Below are positions 34,040-47,348 of a stretch of DNA of 64,000 bases, piece by piece. Source of the DNA: Hemiscyllium ocellatum (taxonomy: Eukaryota). Position 1 is the stretch's first letter. Every line of letters begins with the position of its first letter. The stretch spans positions 36,570,909 through 36,634,908 of the forward strand of contig NC_083430.1 in the NCBI RefSeq assembly GCF_020745735.1, given 5' to 3'. The position numbers were made by a program, and so were the translations under genes. The notes under the pieces were generated by a model, which was not told the origin of the DNA, did not search any database, and worked only from the letters and a program-made list of their open reading frames with translations.

Positions 34040-36250
34040 GGGTGTGGTACTGAGAGGGAGGAATCGTTAACCAAAGAAGTTCAAGAAAAACTATTTAATT
34101 AAAAAGTGGTAGCAAGTCAGATGGTTGGACAGAATGTAAAAAAAGCAAAAAATGACTAAAAGACAGGTAAGGATGGAAAAAAATCAGTCTGGGAAAATGT
34201 CAGCTCGAAATATAAAAACAGATGGTAAGAGTTTCTATAGCTATTTAAAAAGGAAAGACATTAACAATCTGAGAATTGTTCCTGTAGAAAGTGAATCTGG
34301 GGAATTAATGCTCAAAAATATGGATATGGTAGGTGAAGTGAATTTGTTTTTTTGCATTTTCACTATAAAGGATGCAAGTAACATCCCAGAATCAGGCTTC
34401 AAATCAGGAAGTGGGAGGGAGAGATGAACTCAATTACAATCATTAGAACTGAGGTGAATTGTTGAAATTGTGAAATGACAAGTCCCCAGTTCCTACTAGA
34501 CTACATCTTAGAGACTTTCAACTAAAGGGTTACTGAGAAATGGATAGTTTGGTTTTAATTCTTCAACATTCACTAGATTCTGGGAAGATTGGAAATAGCA
34601 AATGTAGGTCCTTTATTCACAAAAGCATGGGGGACTAAAAATAAGGAAATTACATGCCAGTCAACTTAACACCTGTCATTGGCAAAGTTTTACAAGCTAT
34701 TATTAAGTAAGCTATATGAGGGCACTTTGATAACATCAAGATAAATAGACTGGGTCACCATTGTTTTATGATAGGGAAATTATGTTTGACCAATTGGCAA
34801 CATCTGCTGTGGATAAAGGGGAACTGGTGGATATACTATACTTAGAGTTCCAGACGGTCACATTAGGTTATTGTGGAAAGCAATCATGTAGTGGATGGGA
34901 CAACATATTGGCATGGAGTAAAGATTGGCTATTGTACAGGAAACAGAGGCATAAGTTGGTCATTTTTGGTTGGCAAGTTGTCATGAGTGTGTGTTACAGA
35001 AATCAATGCTGGGCCCTCAATTTTTCACAATTTGTATAAGTGACTTGGATGAACAAACCAAAGTCATATTTGCTAAATTTGCTGATTACACATACAAAGG
35101 TGGAAAAGTAAGGTACAAAGAGGACACAAGGAGCCTGCAACTGGGGATAGATAGGTAAAGTGAATGAAAAAGATCTAGCAAATGGAATATCATGAGGGAA
35201 AGTGTGAAGTTTTTCATTTGGCAGGAAGAATAAAAAAGATGCATATTATGTGAGTGAAGAAACAACCCTTTAGAACTGAGATGATGAGGAATTTCTTCGG
35301 TCAAAGGATAGTTCATCTGTGGAACTCATTGCTGTGGAGGCCAATTCATTAAGTATCTTTAAGACAGAGATAGTTAGGTTTTTGATTAGCAAGGGGACCA
35401 AGTGTCATGGGGAGTATGGGGTTGAGAAATATATTAGCCATGGTCAAATGGTGGAGCAGACCCATTGGGCCAAATGGCCTAATTCTGCTCCTATATCTAA
35501 TGGTCTTATTATTATCTAAATGGTGAGAGATTTGAGAACTCTGAGATATAGTGTGTTCCTGAAGTCCTAGTGTATCAATTAGAAAAGTTTAGTAGGCAGG
35601 TGCAGCAAATAATTTTGGAAAATAAAGAAGGTATCATTTATTGTGAGGGGAATTAAATGTGAAGTAGGGATGTTATTACTTCAGATATCCAAGTGAGACC
35701 GAACCTGCAGTACCATGCACAACATGAGTCCATCTTTTTTAAGGATGTTATGAATGCATTGGAAGCAGTTCAAAGAAATTTCTTTAGACTTACACCTAGA
35801 ATTTGCAGGTTGAAAAAAAGGAAAGTTTAGACAAGCTTTTATCAACTAGAGTTTAGCCAAGTAAGAAATGATTTGATTGAAACAAGAAAGGTTCAGAGGG
35901 GTCTTGACAAATGATGTAAAAATTATGTTTCCTCTTGCAGAAGGATCTGGAATCAGGAGTCACTGTTTCTAAATCAGGAATCCCACCGACCTAAGGCAGA
36001 GGGAAGAAGAAATTATTTCTCATCGAGGGTCATAAGACTTGGAACTCTATTCTCCAAAAGTTGTTTGAACTGGAATTCTTGAATGTTTTTAAAAATGTTT
36101 TCTTGAATATTCAACAGGTAGATAGATTTTCAGTAAGCAAGGGGTGAAAGGTTATCAGTGTAAGTGGAAATGCAGACTAAACTGATCCATCGTGGTCTTA
36201 CTGAATTTGGAGCAGGTTTGAGATGCAGAATGGCCTACTACTATGCCTAA
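34040..36250 (+). mobile_element. Highly degenerate CR1-clade LINE (with nested LINE 3' fragments)
   Basis: Fragments ARNIKTDGKSFYSY.KRK, AVDKGELVDILYLEFQ and SMLGPQFFTICISDLDE...KFADYT..GG are CR1 ORF2-like. Confidence 0.8.
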
Positions 36251-36383
36251 TTTTGGCATTTGTCTTTATAAAGGTACCAGCTACAGTTCAGAATTGGAGG
36301 AGGATAGACAGAGACCTTTAAAAAATTACATTTATATAGTGCCGTTAATGACCTTTAACAATCTCAATGTACTATATAGACAA

Positions 36384-36600
36384 TGAAGAGAAAGTGAGGA
36401 CTGCAGATCCTGGAGATCAGGGTCAAAAAGTGCAGCACTGGGAAAAGCACAGCCAATCAAGTAGCACCCGAGAGCAGGAGAGTCAACATTTCGAGCCTAT
36501 GCTCTTCATCAGGAACAGCTTATGCTTGAAATGTCGACTCTCCTGCTCCTTGGATGCTGTCTGACTAGGTGTTTTGCCAGCACCACACTTTTTGACTCTT
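36384..36600. mobile_element. Fold-back PLE-terminus element with TSD
   Basis: Inverted arms around cttcatcagg / gcttatgcttgaaatgtcg. TSD tatagacaa at 36375-36383 and 36601-36609. Confidence 0.8.
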
Positions 36601-37165
36601 TATAGACAAAGAGTATATTTTGTAGTCTCATTACTAGTGTAATATAAATCTCGTGAGAGTTGTAGTGCTGCAGGGAGTTACAATGATAGGAATATAGAAA
36701 GTAAGAGCAAAAGTATGTAATTAAGCCCTATTCTGACATTCAACTAGATCATGACTGATCATCTACCTCAATGCCACTTTCCTGCATTAATCCATATCCC
36801 TTGATTTAATATCTGAAAATCTGTCAATGTCTACCTTAATCTCAATGATTCAGCTTCCACAACATTCTAGAATACAGAATTCCAAAGGTTCAAAGATAGG
36901 GATGGATGAAGCCCCTGAAGGAATTCGAAAACAAGATGAAAGTCTTAAATCAAGGACAACCAGATCAGTAATAACTGAACTGTACTGGAGCAAGTTGGGA
37001 CATGGAAATAGTTTAGAATAAATTTAAATCACTAACAGTGAGAGATGGAAGACTGGCTAAGAAAACATTTTATTATTGAATCTAGAGGTAACAAAGGTAT
37101 GGATGAGAGTTCCAATAGTGAATGAAAGAATGTTTTGAATTGGTAGCACAAACAAGCCATATAGC

Positions 37166-37259
37166 ATTCCTGATGAAGGGCTTATGCTAGAAACGTCGAA
37201 TTCTCTATTCCTGAGATGCTGCCTAACCTGCTGTGCTTTGACCAGCAACACATTTGCAG
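37166..37259 (+). mobile_element. Single-arm PLE terminus beginning at a hammerhead core
   Basis: ATTC-CTGATGA-AGGGC-TTAT-GCTA-GAAAC-GTC-GAAT followed by the pLTR body. Flanked by atatagc at 37159-37165 and 37260-37266. Confidence 0.75.
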
Positions 37260-37569
37260 ATATAGCTTAAGTGGTCAACAACAGTATTTATGTTCCACAC
37301 TAGCCTTCTCCCACTCTAGATCATCTCACCCTATCAGTACATCATTCTGCTCTTCATTTTCTCCCTTGTGCTTATCTAACTTCCCCTTTAATTTAGCGAT
37401 GTTGATCATTTCAACCATGCAAAGTTCCATGAACTGAGAATTACACAGAGTTGTTTAAACCTTTTCCCTCGTTGTCTCAGACCACATAGTATAAAGCCTT
37501 GTAAATATTAAGTGCTTAACAGTCAGGGTTTGTAAATGCACCCCGAATTTTAATTTTTCTTTGCTCTTT

Positions 37570-37668
37570 AGATTAGATTACTTACAGTGTGGAAACAGGC
37601 CCTTCAGCCCAACAAGTCCACACCGACCCTCTGAAGAGCAACCCACCCAGACACATTCCCCTACATCT
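37570..37668 (-). mobile_element. V-SINE 3' tail fragment
   Basis: agattagattacttacagtgtggaaacaggcccttc is the reverse complement of the SINE tail at 44190-44232. Confidence 0.75.
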
Positions 37669-37677
37669 ATAATTACA

Positions 37678-38440
37678 GGCTCAGCAGGTCTGGCAGCATC
37701 TCTGGGAAGAATGTTTTGAGTCTGGTGACTTTTTAATCAGAACTGATAGCAGCTCGGACAAAGTGGTATTTGTGCTGAAGATGAGGTTGGGAGGGGAAGG
37801 AGTGGGGAAGAAAGGTGAGTGGATAAGTGGAGATAAAGCCCAGAGAGAAAGCGAGAGTGATATACGAAAAGGGTGGCAAATGAGAAAAAATGAGATAAAG
37901 TTCTTTGAGCTTCAGCTGCAACCGAAATGTTCGTGTGGGAACACTGTGTGGTACAACATTTCTGCTACAGGCCTGCTGCAGTGTTTCAGCAAACCTGAGC
38001 ACAAGCCCAATGAACAACAGCTCATTTTCTTCTTGGGGGATCTGCAGCCTCAACATTGAGTTCAATAAATCTAGAGCCTGATTTTATCTTCTACATTTTT
38101 TACCCATGCCCACACTCAGTTCTGTCACGACTTGGGTTGCTTTTAGCTACACTGAGCTCTTATTTTCTCTGTATTCAGCCTCTTTTCAGTGCTGGCTTAT
38201 TATCAATAATACCCTCAATTGCCCACCCCTTTCTATCAAGCTCTCTCTCTGGGTTTCATCACCACCTATCCACTCACCTGTCTCCACTTTGCCCCCAATT
38301 CCATCTTGAGTATAAACATCACTTTATCCTAGTTGCTCTTAGTTCTGATGGATAGCCAATGGACTGGAAATGTTAACTTTGCTTTCTCCGCACAGATGCT
38401 GTCAGCCCTGCTGAGTTTCAGTAGCAAGTTCTGATTTATT
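37678..38440. mobile_element. Old fold-back PLE with degenerate endonuclease C-terminus
   Basis: Terminal arms ctcagcaggtctggcagcatct / agatgctgtcagccctgctgag. The internal ORF fragment ISATGLLQCF...EQQLIFFLGDLQP is similar to 7940-8580. Confidence 0.65.
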
Positions 38441-39067
38441 TCTTCCCCTGTGCTTCATTTGAGTTGACAAGTTAATAGAATAGTTCTTGATGAATTTCTG
38501 TGTGCCAAATAGATCTCTTAAAGTAGTTTTGCTCCCTTACCAATTATGATGTAATACTAATGGTGAAATCTCATAGGAGCTTGAATGACATGGGCTATGG
38601 CAAGAAGTATGGGAGGATCATGTGAGAACTCAGTCAACGCTCTTTTCAGTAGATTATCTGGTCATTATCAGATTGCCGTTTGTGGTAGTTTGTTCTGTGT
38701 GAATTGGGTGTAGCATGTCTACTGTTCAACATCGACTACATTTCAAAAGTATTCCATTGGTAATAAAGTGTCTTGTGATCATGAAAGGTGCTATATTAAT
38801 GCAAGTTTTCCAGTGGCCTTTTCTCAGCTCTAACATATTGTGAGTTCTCTCTGTGTCACACCATGCTTTCTTATTTTCTTTGCTGGCCTTCCAACTCTGT
38901 GCTATACTGATTTAAGTTCTCGCTGAACCTTTTTTTTTGCTATTCACTGGACAACCATTCTGGTGGCTGGCAAAATGATTAAATTAGTCTCTCAAACCTG
39001 CACAGCCAGGAATATGGAACATCGAAACAAGATTAGGCATTCAGCCAGTCAACTTTATTCTAGCATT

Positions 39068-39209
39068 AGGCAAAAGTGAGGACTGCAGATGCTGGAAATC
39101 AAAATCCAGATTAGAGTGGCGCTGGAAAATCACAGCAGGTCAAGCAGCATCCGAGGAGCAGGAAAATCGATGTTTCGGACAAAAGCTGTTCATCAAGACT
39201 GAAGGCCTA
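39068..39209 (-). mobile_element. PLE terminus (single arm) with TSD
   Basis: aaagtgaggactgcagatgctgg...gatgtttcggacaaaagctgttcatcaag. TSD tattct(a/c)gcatt at 39056-39067 and 39210-39221. Confidence 0.75.
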
Positions 39210-39854
39210 TATTCTCGCATTGATCATTTACCCCAACTGCATTCTCCATCTTATCCCCATAGGTTCTCTGTGTATTCAAAATATATTGATTGCTTTACTG
39301 AAAATAGTCAATGACTAAATTGACTAGTGATTGATGCACACCCCTCTATGATGGGGACTCCAAGGATCCTCTGAATGAAGACATTCCCCTCCTCTCCGTC
39401 AACCCTTTTTCCTGAGACTATAAGTATTTGTTTTAGGCTCTCCAAGCAGTGGAAGTAACTTCTTACCATCTACATAATGTACCTTCATAAGTTAACTCCT
39501 TAAGACTTATCATTACTTTTGGTGTTGGTTCTGAAGAAGGGTCACTGAATTCAAAACATTAACTCTTCTTTCTCTTCACAGATGCTGCCAGATTTGAATT
39601 CTTCCAGTAATTTCTGATTTTTCTTTTTATCGTTCTAGTGGTTCGTGTTTAAGGCTATTCCTGTCATGATACGTCTAGTATCGAACATGATAACAAGAAG
39701 ATCAATAAATTGGTCAAAGGAGATTGCAAGGATTGTCTAGGGACTTCTACCTCATCACAATCAGCTTGATCAGAAGAGAAAGGAACACCAAAAGAAAACA
39801 ACCAAAAAATCCCAAGAAATTGAGGTAAACCAGAGAAGGTAATGTAGAGATAAG

Positions 39855-39860
39855 TTTATT
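39855..39860 (-). terminator. Candidate poly(A) signal (AATAAA) for TRIM63
   Basis: tttatt ~1.15 kb downstream of the stop codon. Confidence 0.5.
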
Positions 39861-41005
39861 TATGTGGAATAATTTCAAACAACATACAGGCATGAAAATG
39901 AAGTGACCATCATAACCGAGTTTTTAAACTGACATCTCAGGAATCTGCTTCAACTAAAAATCTATTCTTAAATATAATGATTGACTTGCTGCTTACTTGC
40001 ACCATTTCCTATTTCTCATTTCAAGTCTCCTGATCTTCTGATAATTGATTATTTCCTTATTTCTATGCTCTACATTTGCCATCTACAATGCATTCAGTTT
40101 CCATTTAGTGATTCTGAGGGCTGTGGTTCTCAACCTGGGGTCCCAGGGATTTAATAAAGACTTTTCAGGAAAGAAGATAAGTGGGATCCATTGCTGTGGT
40201 GATGTAAGTCAGGCATACACTATTGGTTATTATTTTGGTTTCCTTGGATCTGCTGGAGGAACACATCTGAGAGCTCACCCACTGTAATAGGATTAACAGG
40301 GCAGGTAAGAGATACCAGAGAGACCAGGAATGGATTCTTGGATCTGGGACTCAGGGGAGGATATGAAGGAGCTACTGTGTCAACCTTGTCCAGAAAACCT
40401 AGAAGCATAATCAAATTCAGTCAGTGATGCAACTGGGCTCTAGATCAGAACTAGAGAAAAATCACATAATCCTTTAATGGGGATATAATGAATTTTACTT
40501 TCAGAAATCTAAAATGAAAAATTTATATTGTTAGAACTTAGATAGGATGAAGGGATCCGTGATGACTGAAACCATTTGAAAAGTGGATTTACAATCCTAG
40601 AAGTCCATGAACCAGTGACTTAGGGAAGCTTTTGGATCCAGCCCTTTGCCTATCACAAACTGGAGATTGCTACAATGTAGGGCTTCAGCTAAAAATCTAA
40701 TGGAATAGCACACATATTGCAGATGGACTTAAGCTATACTAAATGCTAAATCTCAATGTTTTAAAAAAATACAATGAATTATTACTCCATTGTATTGTAT
40801 ACAAAAATAAGATATAAAATGTACAAAACCATTAATTTTGCACCATATAAAAACATTTTTTGATATTTTTTCAAAACATTTTTATGAACAAAAAGAAAAT
40901 TGTTGAACAAGTTTTACTTCTTCCTCAGCTGTCTGTGACTCTGCAGGGCATGATAATCCCAAGAATTCACAAGAGACGTTCCACGTCACCATCACAACAG
41001 CAACA

Positions 41006-41016
41006 TCACTGCTGGT
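41006..41016 (-). CDS. TRIM63: TRIM63 exon 9 coding part (DQQ*)
   Basis: gttcccttctacag|AC CAG CAG TGA completes phase 1 from exon 8. A very short terminal coding exon as in mammalian TRIM63. Confidence 0.75.
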
Positions 41017-42729
41017 CTGTAGAAGGGAACATGAAACAAACACTATCACTATGCTATTTCCCTTGCTTGGAATCTCTCAAGCCCTTCCAGCATCCCCCAT
41101 CTCTGGATGCTGAATGTTCCAACCAATGCTGAGTTTCAGATTGCCAGGTGAGATGCACACCCAGTGGCTACCAATGTCAGAACATCCTAAACAGTGACCC
41201 CTTCAATCCCTCAAAGCCTACTATGGGCAGTGGTAGATGTGGTTTTGGGAAAGCACATAAGTGTGTGCTCCTATGCAGATTTTCCAGCTCCTAGTTTGTA
41301 TTGTAGAGAGCTAAACTGATGTCAAAACCAAAGTCCTACTTGCAAGTGACTGCAGTGTCTCACATCTCATTACCAATGTCATAGAGCTGGACAGCTTTTG
41401 CTATTTTTATACAAGAGAGCTGCAAAATCCCTTGACAGGGCCATTTTCAACAATGACCCAAAACATATCTGCACTTTCTAGAAGTGAAACCATAGCCAAT
41501 AATGGATGTCTATGAAACCTGGGGTGGGATAAAGTTTGACCAGTCACTAAGTTTAATTAAACAATTGACAATATAATGGAATTTTGACAGTGATTGGTGA
41601 AGTGAGCAGAGACCAACTTGTATGATGACCAAATAAGAACTCTCCTGTTAACCCAATGTTGTTCAATGCGCAATTAACTTACGTATACTGGTCGAGCCTG
41701 TAGGAGTTGATATCTGGCTAAGCCACAACGGGAAGCACTCCATTGGACTGACCAGCCCTGTATTAAGGAAGGAATGGGTGTTGCCATCAACATTCACCCT
41801 TATGGAAAATAGCCACCGCCTCCACCACTTTCTCTGGTCACTGCCTCAGACTGAACCAGTGATGGGTGAATAGGACTTAGGGTGCAGCTTTCCCTCCTGT
41901 AAGTGGTGAGACAGGTGGGTAGAAGGGGATATAAGTAGGTGAGTTGGCCATTACACGGTACTCTATGCCTTCTTACCTCCTCGCTAATTAGATTCCAGGC
42001 ATGAAAATCTATGAGCAATCTTCTTTACTTGCCACTAATTAAGGACATTTAAGTTGTCAATAATTGAACATTAAAAGGCCTCATGTTGTTGAATATCTGT
42101 CTTCACCATAGTGGGGAATGTTAGCTCGTTTCCCATTTGGGAAAGCAGAGTAACCCGACTGCAAGGTCATGGAGGAAGGGAGAGTGCGGTTACTCCATTT
42201 GCTGAAATCTAGGGGGAGTGAGTGGGATTCAAGGCAGTGGGCTCTGATGGCCACTTCCCTGCTCTTGTATAAAGAGGATAAAAATTATTTAACTTCATGC
42301 TGCTGGACCCCTGAGGAATAGACTTTGACCAGCCGTCCTTAAGATCCAGAAGCTGCTGGGCCTCCAATTTTCCAGTGTGTCAAGGCTTGCAATAGACTGA
42401 GAAAGCTAGTCACCTCTTAGCATGTTGCCTCCACACCTCTTTTATTTTGAACAAGGGAAAATTGCACCCCTGGAGTGAGAGTTAGGACTCAGGCACCAGA
42501 GTTTTGGATGCTGTCTAGTTTATAGGGGTACAAAGTGAGAAGTTGGTCAGGAATGATCGTCCACTAAGTCATCACTTTTTACATTTAGTTGTACTGAAAA
42601 TGATCCTATTAATCCCACTCTACTCAATACTTCTCGTGACCTCTTTCTAAGATGCTTGCTAGATGTGCTCGAGCAATTTACTGAGAGGCAACCACGTCTG
42701 ATCTGAATAGAAAGCTCTGATTTCCTCAC

Positions 42730-42795
42730 CATCAGCTTGATCTTCCACTACGTCCTCTTCCTCAGTCTCCACCTCTTCCTCTACCTCTTCTTCAT
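42730..42795 (-). CDS. TRIM63: TRIM63 exon 8, acidic tail (DEEEVEEEVETEEEDVVEDQAD)
   Basis: tctctttatccag| ... G|gtgagg; 66 nt, phase 1-1. Confidence 0.88.
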
Positions 42796-43001
42796 CTGGA
42801 TAAAGAGAACATTGATATCCGTCACTCCTCTTTCTGACTGCAGTACTTGCAGATTGGTATTTTGTATTATTTAGAAATATTTATGTAGATTTTGAGCAAG
42901 TTTTGAATTGAAGTTTTATGCAATAACCCTACAGCATTTGTAGCTTATGTTCTGATTAAAAATCAGGTCAGTTCGACACCAAAAGAAAATGTTGGCAAGT
43001 A

Positions 43002-43214
43002 CAGGGTGACCCCCGTATCTGCAGAATCATTTTCTGTGGTTTCAGTTACCCATAGTTTACCACGGCCCAAACATATTATAGGGAACCTTCAGGAATCAGG
43101 GATCACAGGGCTGTCGGGAAGGTAGATTTCCCATTGAAATGAATGGGTTTGCTCCTATCTGCAGTTTTGGGCTTCCGTGATAGGTCCTGGAACATATCAA
43201 CTGCAGGACTACTA
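43002..43214. mobile_element. Tigger/MER44-like non-autonomous DNA transposon (MITE)
   Basis: TA-flanked. The left end cagggtgacccccgtatctgcag...ttctgtggtttcagttaccc and the right end ...gtcctggaacatatc...gcaggactact resemble Tigger7/MER44 ends. Confidence 0.55.
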
Positions 43215-43923
43215 TATCCTGATCTCCATTGGTAATTTTATTGGGAAAGTGGGAATGGTTCTAACTGAGCATCAGTTTCAAACAGTCAGCACAAGCTCAA
43301 TGAGTTAACAGGCCTCCTTCTGTGCTGTATCAGTCTATAATTCTATGAGGAAAATGTTTCATCTATCTATCAATGCATTACATCTCTCAGAAATACCTTT
43401 ATCAATGGGAGATGGTGACAAAGTGATAATGTTTAACAAACGGTAATCAATAACCCCAGGCTAATGTGCTGTGTTGTGGATTGAAAACTCAGAGCAACTG
43501 GTAGAATTGAAAATCAATTTAAACATCTGAAATTGAAAGCTAGTTTCAGTAATGGTGACCATGACACATCATTGACTGTCGTCATGATTTCCGTTTCACC
43601 AGCCTTAGAGAAGGAAAATGGCTCAATCTTAAGTCTGTACTGAGTTGGCTGAGCACAACTAAGGGCATTAATAAAAGAGTAACCATTGCTCACAGTAAAC
43701 CCCTGCGTAAATCAGACTGAATTCCTGCCCATTGGTTGCTATTGAGACCAAGAAATGGAATGATTGAGCTGAGCTATCTGGGCCTGTCCATATTTCAATA
43801 ATCTGCCAAAATTCACTGCCTAGTTGTATTAAAGCTTATGGACCCAAGACATTTTTTTAGATACTCTTCACTCCCAGTATCTGGGCGTCACTGGCTAGGC
43901 CAGTATTTATTACCCATCCTAAT

Positions 43924-44233
43924 GGGCGGCACGGTGGCACAGTGGTTAGCACTGCTGCCTCACAGCGCCAGAGACCCGGGTTCAATTCCTGACTCAGGCG
44001 ACTGACTGTGTGGAGTTTGCACATTCTCCCCGTGTCTGCGTGGGTTTCCTCCGGGTGCTCCGGTTTCCTCTCTCAGTCCAAAGATGTGCAGGTTAGGTGA
44101 ATTGACCATGCTAAATTGCCCATAGTGTTAGGTAAGGGGTAAATGTAGGGGAATGGGTGGGTTGCGCTTCGGCGGGTCGGTGTGGACCTATTGGGCCGAA
44201 GGGCCTGTTTCCACACTAAGTAATCTAATCTAA
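43924..44233 (+). mobile_element. Full-length tRNA-derived V-domain SINE (HE1-like)
   Basis: GGGCGGCACGGTGGCACAGTGGTTAGC (A box), GGTTCAATTCC (B box), V domain (tgtgtggagtttgcacattctccccgtgtctgcgtgggtttcctccgggtgctccgg) and a LINE-like tail ending (taatc)n. CpGs are retained, so it is young. Confidence 0.92.
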
Positions 44234-44732
44234 TTGCTCAGACGGCAATTTAAAATCAACTATGTTGCCGTGAATCTGGAGTCATGTGTAAGCCAGACCA
44301 GATAAGAATGGCAGTTTCCTTCGCTAAAGGACATTACCAAAGCAAGTGGATCTTTCTGACAATCGGCTTTGGTTTCACGGTCATCTTTAGACTCCCAATT
44401 CCAGGATTAGCAGTCTAGTGATAATACCACTAGGTCACCACCTCTCCTGGTTAGTTAGATGTAATTAGCTAGATAGTTTTATGGGAGTTAAGATATATAT
44501 TAGCCATGATCAAATTGAATAGTGGAGCAGGCCAAAGTATCCAAATGGCCTCCACCAACTCCTATGTTCCTTCTATTGGAATTTAATTGTTACCTATTCC
44601 TATGTCCATTCTGAATAGCATTGTGTTACAGTGCATTAAAGGTCCCCAGGGATGAATGCTCACTGCACTGAACCACTATCCTCCACCACAATGTTTTTTT
44701 TTGCCAAACATCAATATCTACAATGGTAGTAC

Positions 44733-44857
44733 CTGTTCCAAATCTTATATTCTTCAGGGTTTCCTCTGCCATTTCCAGATCCACTGAAAATTGGTCCATA
44801 TTCTCAAATCCATCTTCATATTCTGGTATATGGGAGGTTCTGGAGGCACCAATGATC
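44733..44857 (-). CDS. TRIM63: TRIM63 exon 7, COS box region (IIGASRTSHIPEYEDGFENMDQFSVDLEMAEETLKNIRFGT)
   Basis: actttcag| ... G|gtacta; 125 nt; GFENMD.F..DL motif of MuRF proteins. Confidence 0.93.
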
Positions 44858-46024
44858 CTGAAAGTTGAATTAAAGAAAATAATTTAGATGTATTTAGATG
44901 CTAAGGTAATCACGAAATATACAATAAAGCAAGAACGTGAAGCTGAGGTGGGAGATCTCAGCTTTAATGAATGTCAGAGCAAACCGAAAGAGCTGTATAG
45001 CTTCCTTCAGTGCCTCTTTCCAATTACATTCGTAAATGTTAAACCAATCCTGCTCAATTCCTTTTATCAGTAGTGCATTTCAATTAGAAGAAAGAACTAA
45101 AGAAATTGAGGAGATATTTCTCTTTGCAGTCTGTTGTTACAATCTGGTGTACACAGCCTGTAAGTATAGTAGAAGTTGATTCAATAGTGACTTACAAAGA
45201 AATGGATGAATTCTTTGAAAAGGAGGAAAAAAACTACAGCATTCTGAAGAAACAGTAAGCTGCAGGCATGATGGGCTGAATGGCCTCATCATGCTCTACA
45301 TCATTCTATAAATGTGTAGTTACGTACAGCCTTATCTCATGCAAAGAGTCTCCAAAGATAAACAGCCAGTATGTCCTGCTTCTGTGCTTATCATTCTGTC
45401 AGTCTGCATTTATGTACAGCTTTATTATATGTGTAGGATCTAGAGTAGACAAATGATCAGAATCTCTGTTTTTGGTGGTCTTGGTTTAAAAACAGACCTA
45501 TATTAACAAAGTATTGATCATGAGCACCAGCTATCTCAAAGTGCTTAATATGGTCACAGTCAGAATGTCGGAAATGTAGCATGGGTGTCTGCTCAGCAAA
45601 CCCCAACAAAGAGCAACATGAAGATATTTGGAGAATTTGTTTCTGTGATGTTAATTGAGTGATAAATATAAATAATGAAAACAGGGAGACCTCTGCTGCT
45701 CCTCTTCAAAATACTACCATGAGATCTTCTATGTCTTCATGTGAGCATAGGCAGGGTTTCAGTCACTGTCTAATTCAAAAGATACCCCTCTTAACAGTGT
45801 AGCTTTTTCCACAGTGCTGCATTGGAAGGTACTTAAGTTTCTGCAGTTGGGCTTAAATGATGATACTTCAAGGTGAAAACATTATCAGCTGAGTGACAGC
45901 TGACACTCATGAGAGAGGAATGTTGGCCAGGACTCCAGGGATATCAAACTGTACTTGGTAGCTTGGGTTATTCAGGAATATTAATGTTTGTATCACATGT
46001 ATTGCATGAGGTTAAAAGTTAGCC

Positions 46025-46240
46025 GCTGAAAATGTGTTGCTGGTTAAAGCACAGCAGGTTAGGCAGCATCCAAGGAAATTCGACGTTTCGAGTGTCACAC
46101 TCTCCTCATTCCTGATGAAGGGCTTATGCCCGAAACGTTGAATTTCCTATTCCTTGGATGCTGCCTAACCTGCTGTGCTTTAACCAGCAACACATTTTCA
46201 GCTGTGATCTCCAGCATCTGCAGACCTCATTATTTACCCT
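46025..46240. mobile_element. Young fold-back PLE-terminus mini-element with 14-bp TSD and hammerhead core
   Basis: TSD gttaaaagttagcc at 46011-46024 and 46241-46254. Plus-strand core ATTC-CTGATGA-AGGGC-TTAT-GCCC-GAAAC-GTT-GAAT at 46108-46143. Confidence 0.9.
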
Positions 46241-47325
46241 GTTAAAAGTTAGCCATTAACATTCAACCTTTAAAGTAGTGTGTATCTTTATATAATTCCA
46301 GCTGTGAAGAACCCTTCCCTCCCCTCTCTCCAACTCCCCCTACAATTTACAGAAGTGGTATTTTCATTTCGTACACCTCTGTCTGAATAGCCATGCAGAG
46401 TGAAAGTAAAAAATAAAGAATAACTCCAAAAATTTTGAATCACACAGATGAATAGTTCCAATTTATGAACTGACCTCGACCAGTCCTGTGAATACAGCAA
46501 AATGTAATGTTCAGGCCCAGAGAGGGAGAGAAGAGGAAGTTCTCCCCCAATTTTAAACTGTTGACTGCTAGGACCAATTGTAACACTCTAGCACCTCCTG
46601 GCAACCCAAACCCAGAAAGTTATGAGTTCAAATCCCATTCCAGGATTTGTGTGTGTATTCTAGGAAGAGACATTGTCAATGGTACTAATGTTGATTGTTA
46701 GGCCATTTATTTGGTCAGTAAGTCATAAAAGATTAGTGGCACTATCCGCAGAAGAAATATTCCAGTCCATGTCCATACCAGCAACAGTAGATGGCCTGTC
46801 AATTGCCATAATTCTTTGTGCAATTTCGCTGTGCATGTCTCAGCTGATATGTTTCCTTACATAACATAAAAGATTTCAAAACAACAAAACATAAAAAAGT
46901 TCACTGCCTGCAATGCACTTTAGGACCTACTAAATGTGTGAACAGTGATATATCAGTACAATCCTGTGATTTGAAGCTCTTTCTTTTCTGTATCAATACA
47001 AGGTGTATTACATTTCATTGGAAGACAAATGCTGGTGTGGACTGGGTAAGGTTCAGTCATGATGTCCTCCTGGGTCAATCAGCTGTCTGACATTCGCTGT
47101 TTTGTTTTACTGATCATAGTATCAGAGAGCAAACAGACCTCAGAAACTATGACCCAGAAAGGGTCAAGTGAACCTTGGCAATGTCCAGTTGATCCAATTA
47201 ATCATTAGAATCAATAATTACATTTCCAAAATGGAAGGAATAATTGAGTTATATATGCTGGATCGTAAAATTTATCTTTTATAAAATAATGAGTGCAAGT
47301 TCATTTAAACTCAAACAACACTTAC

Positions 47326-47348
47326 TTTTCCAGGAGTTTCTTTGCATT
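47326..47348 (-). CDS. TRIM63: TRIM63 exon 6, 23-nt microexon (NAKKLLEK)
   Basis: ttcctttccacag|AATGCAAAGAAACTCCTGGAAAA|gtaagt; required to link phase 0 (exon 5) to phase 2 (exon 7). Confidence 0.88.

Noticed and set aside
43924-43995. tRNA gene
   Set aside because: A and B boxes are present but run directly into a V-domain SINE body, and multiple degenerate copies exist.
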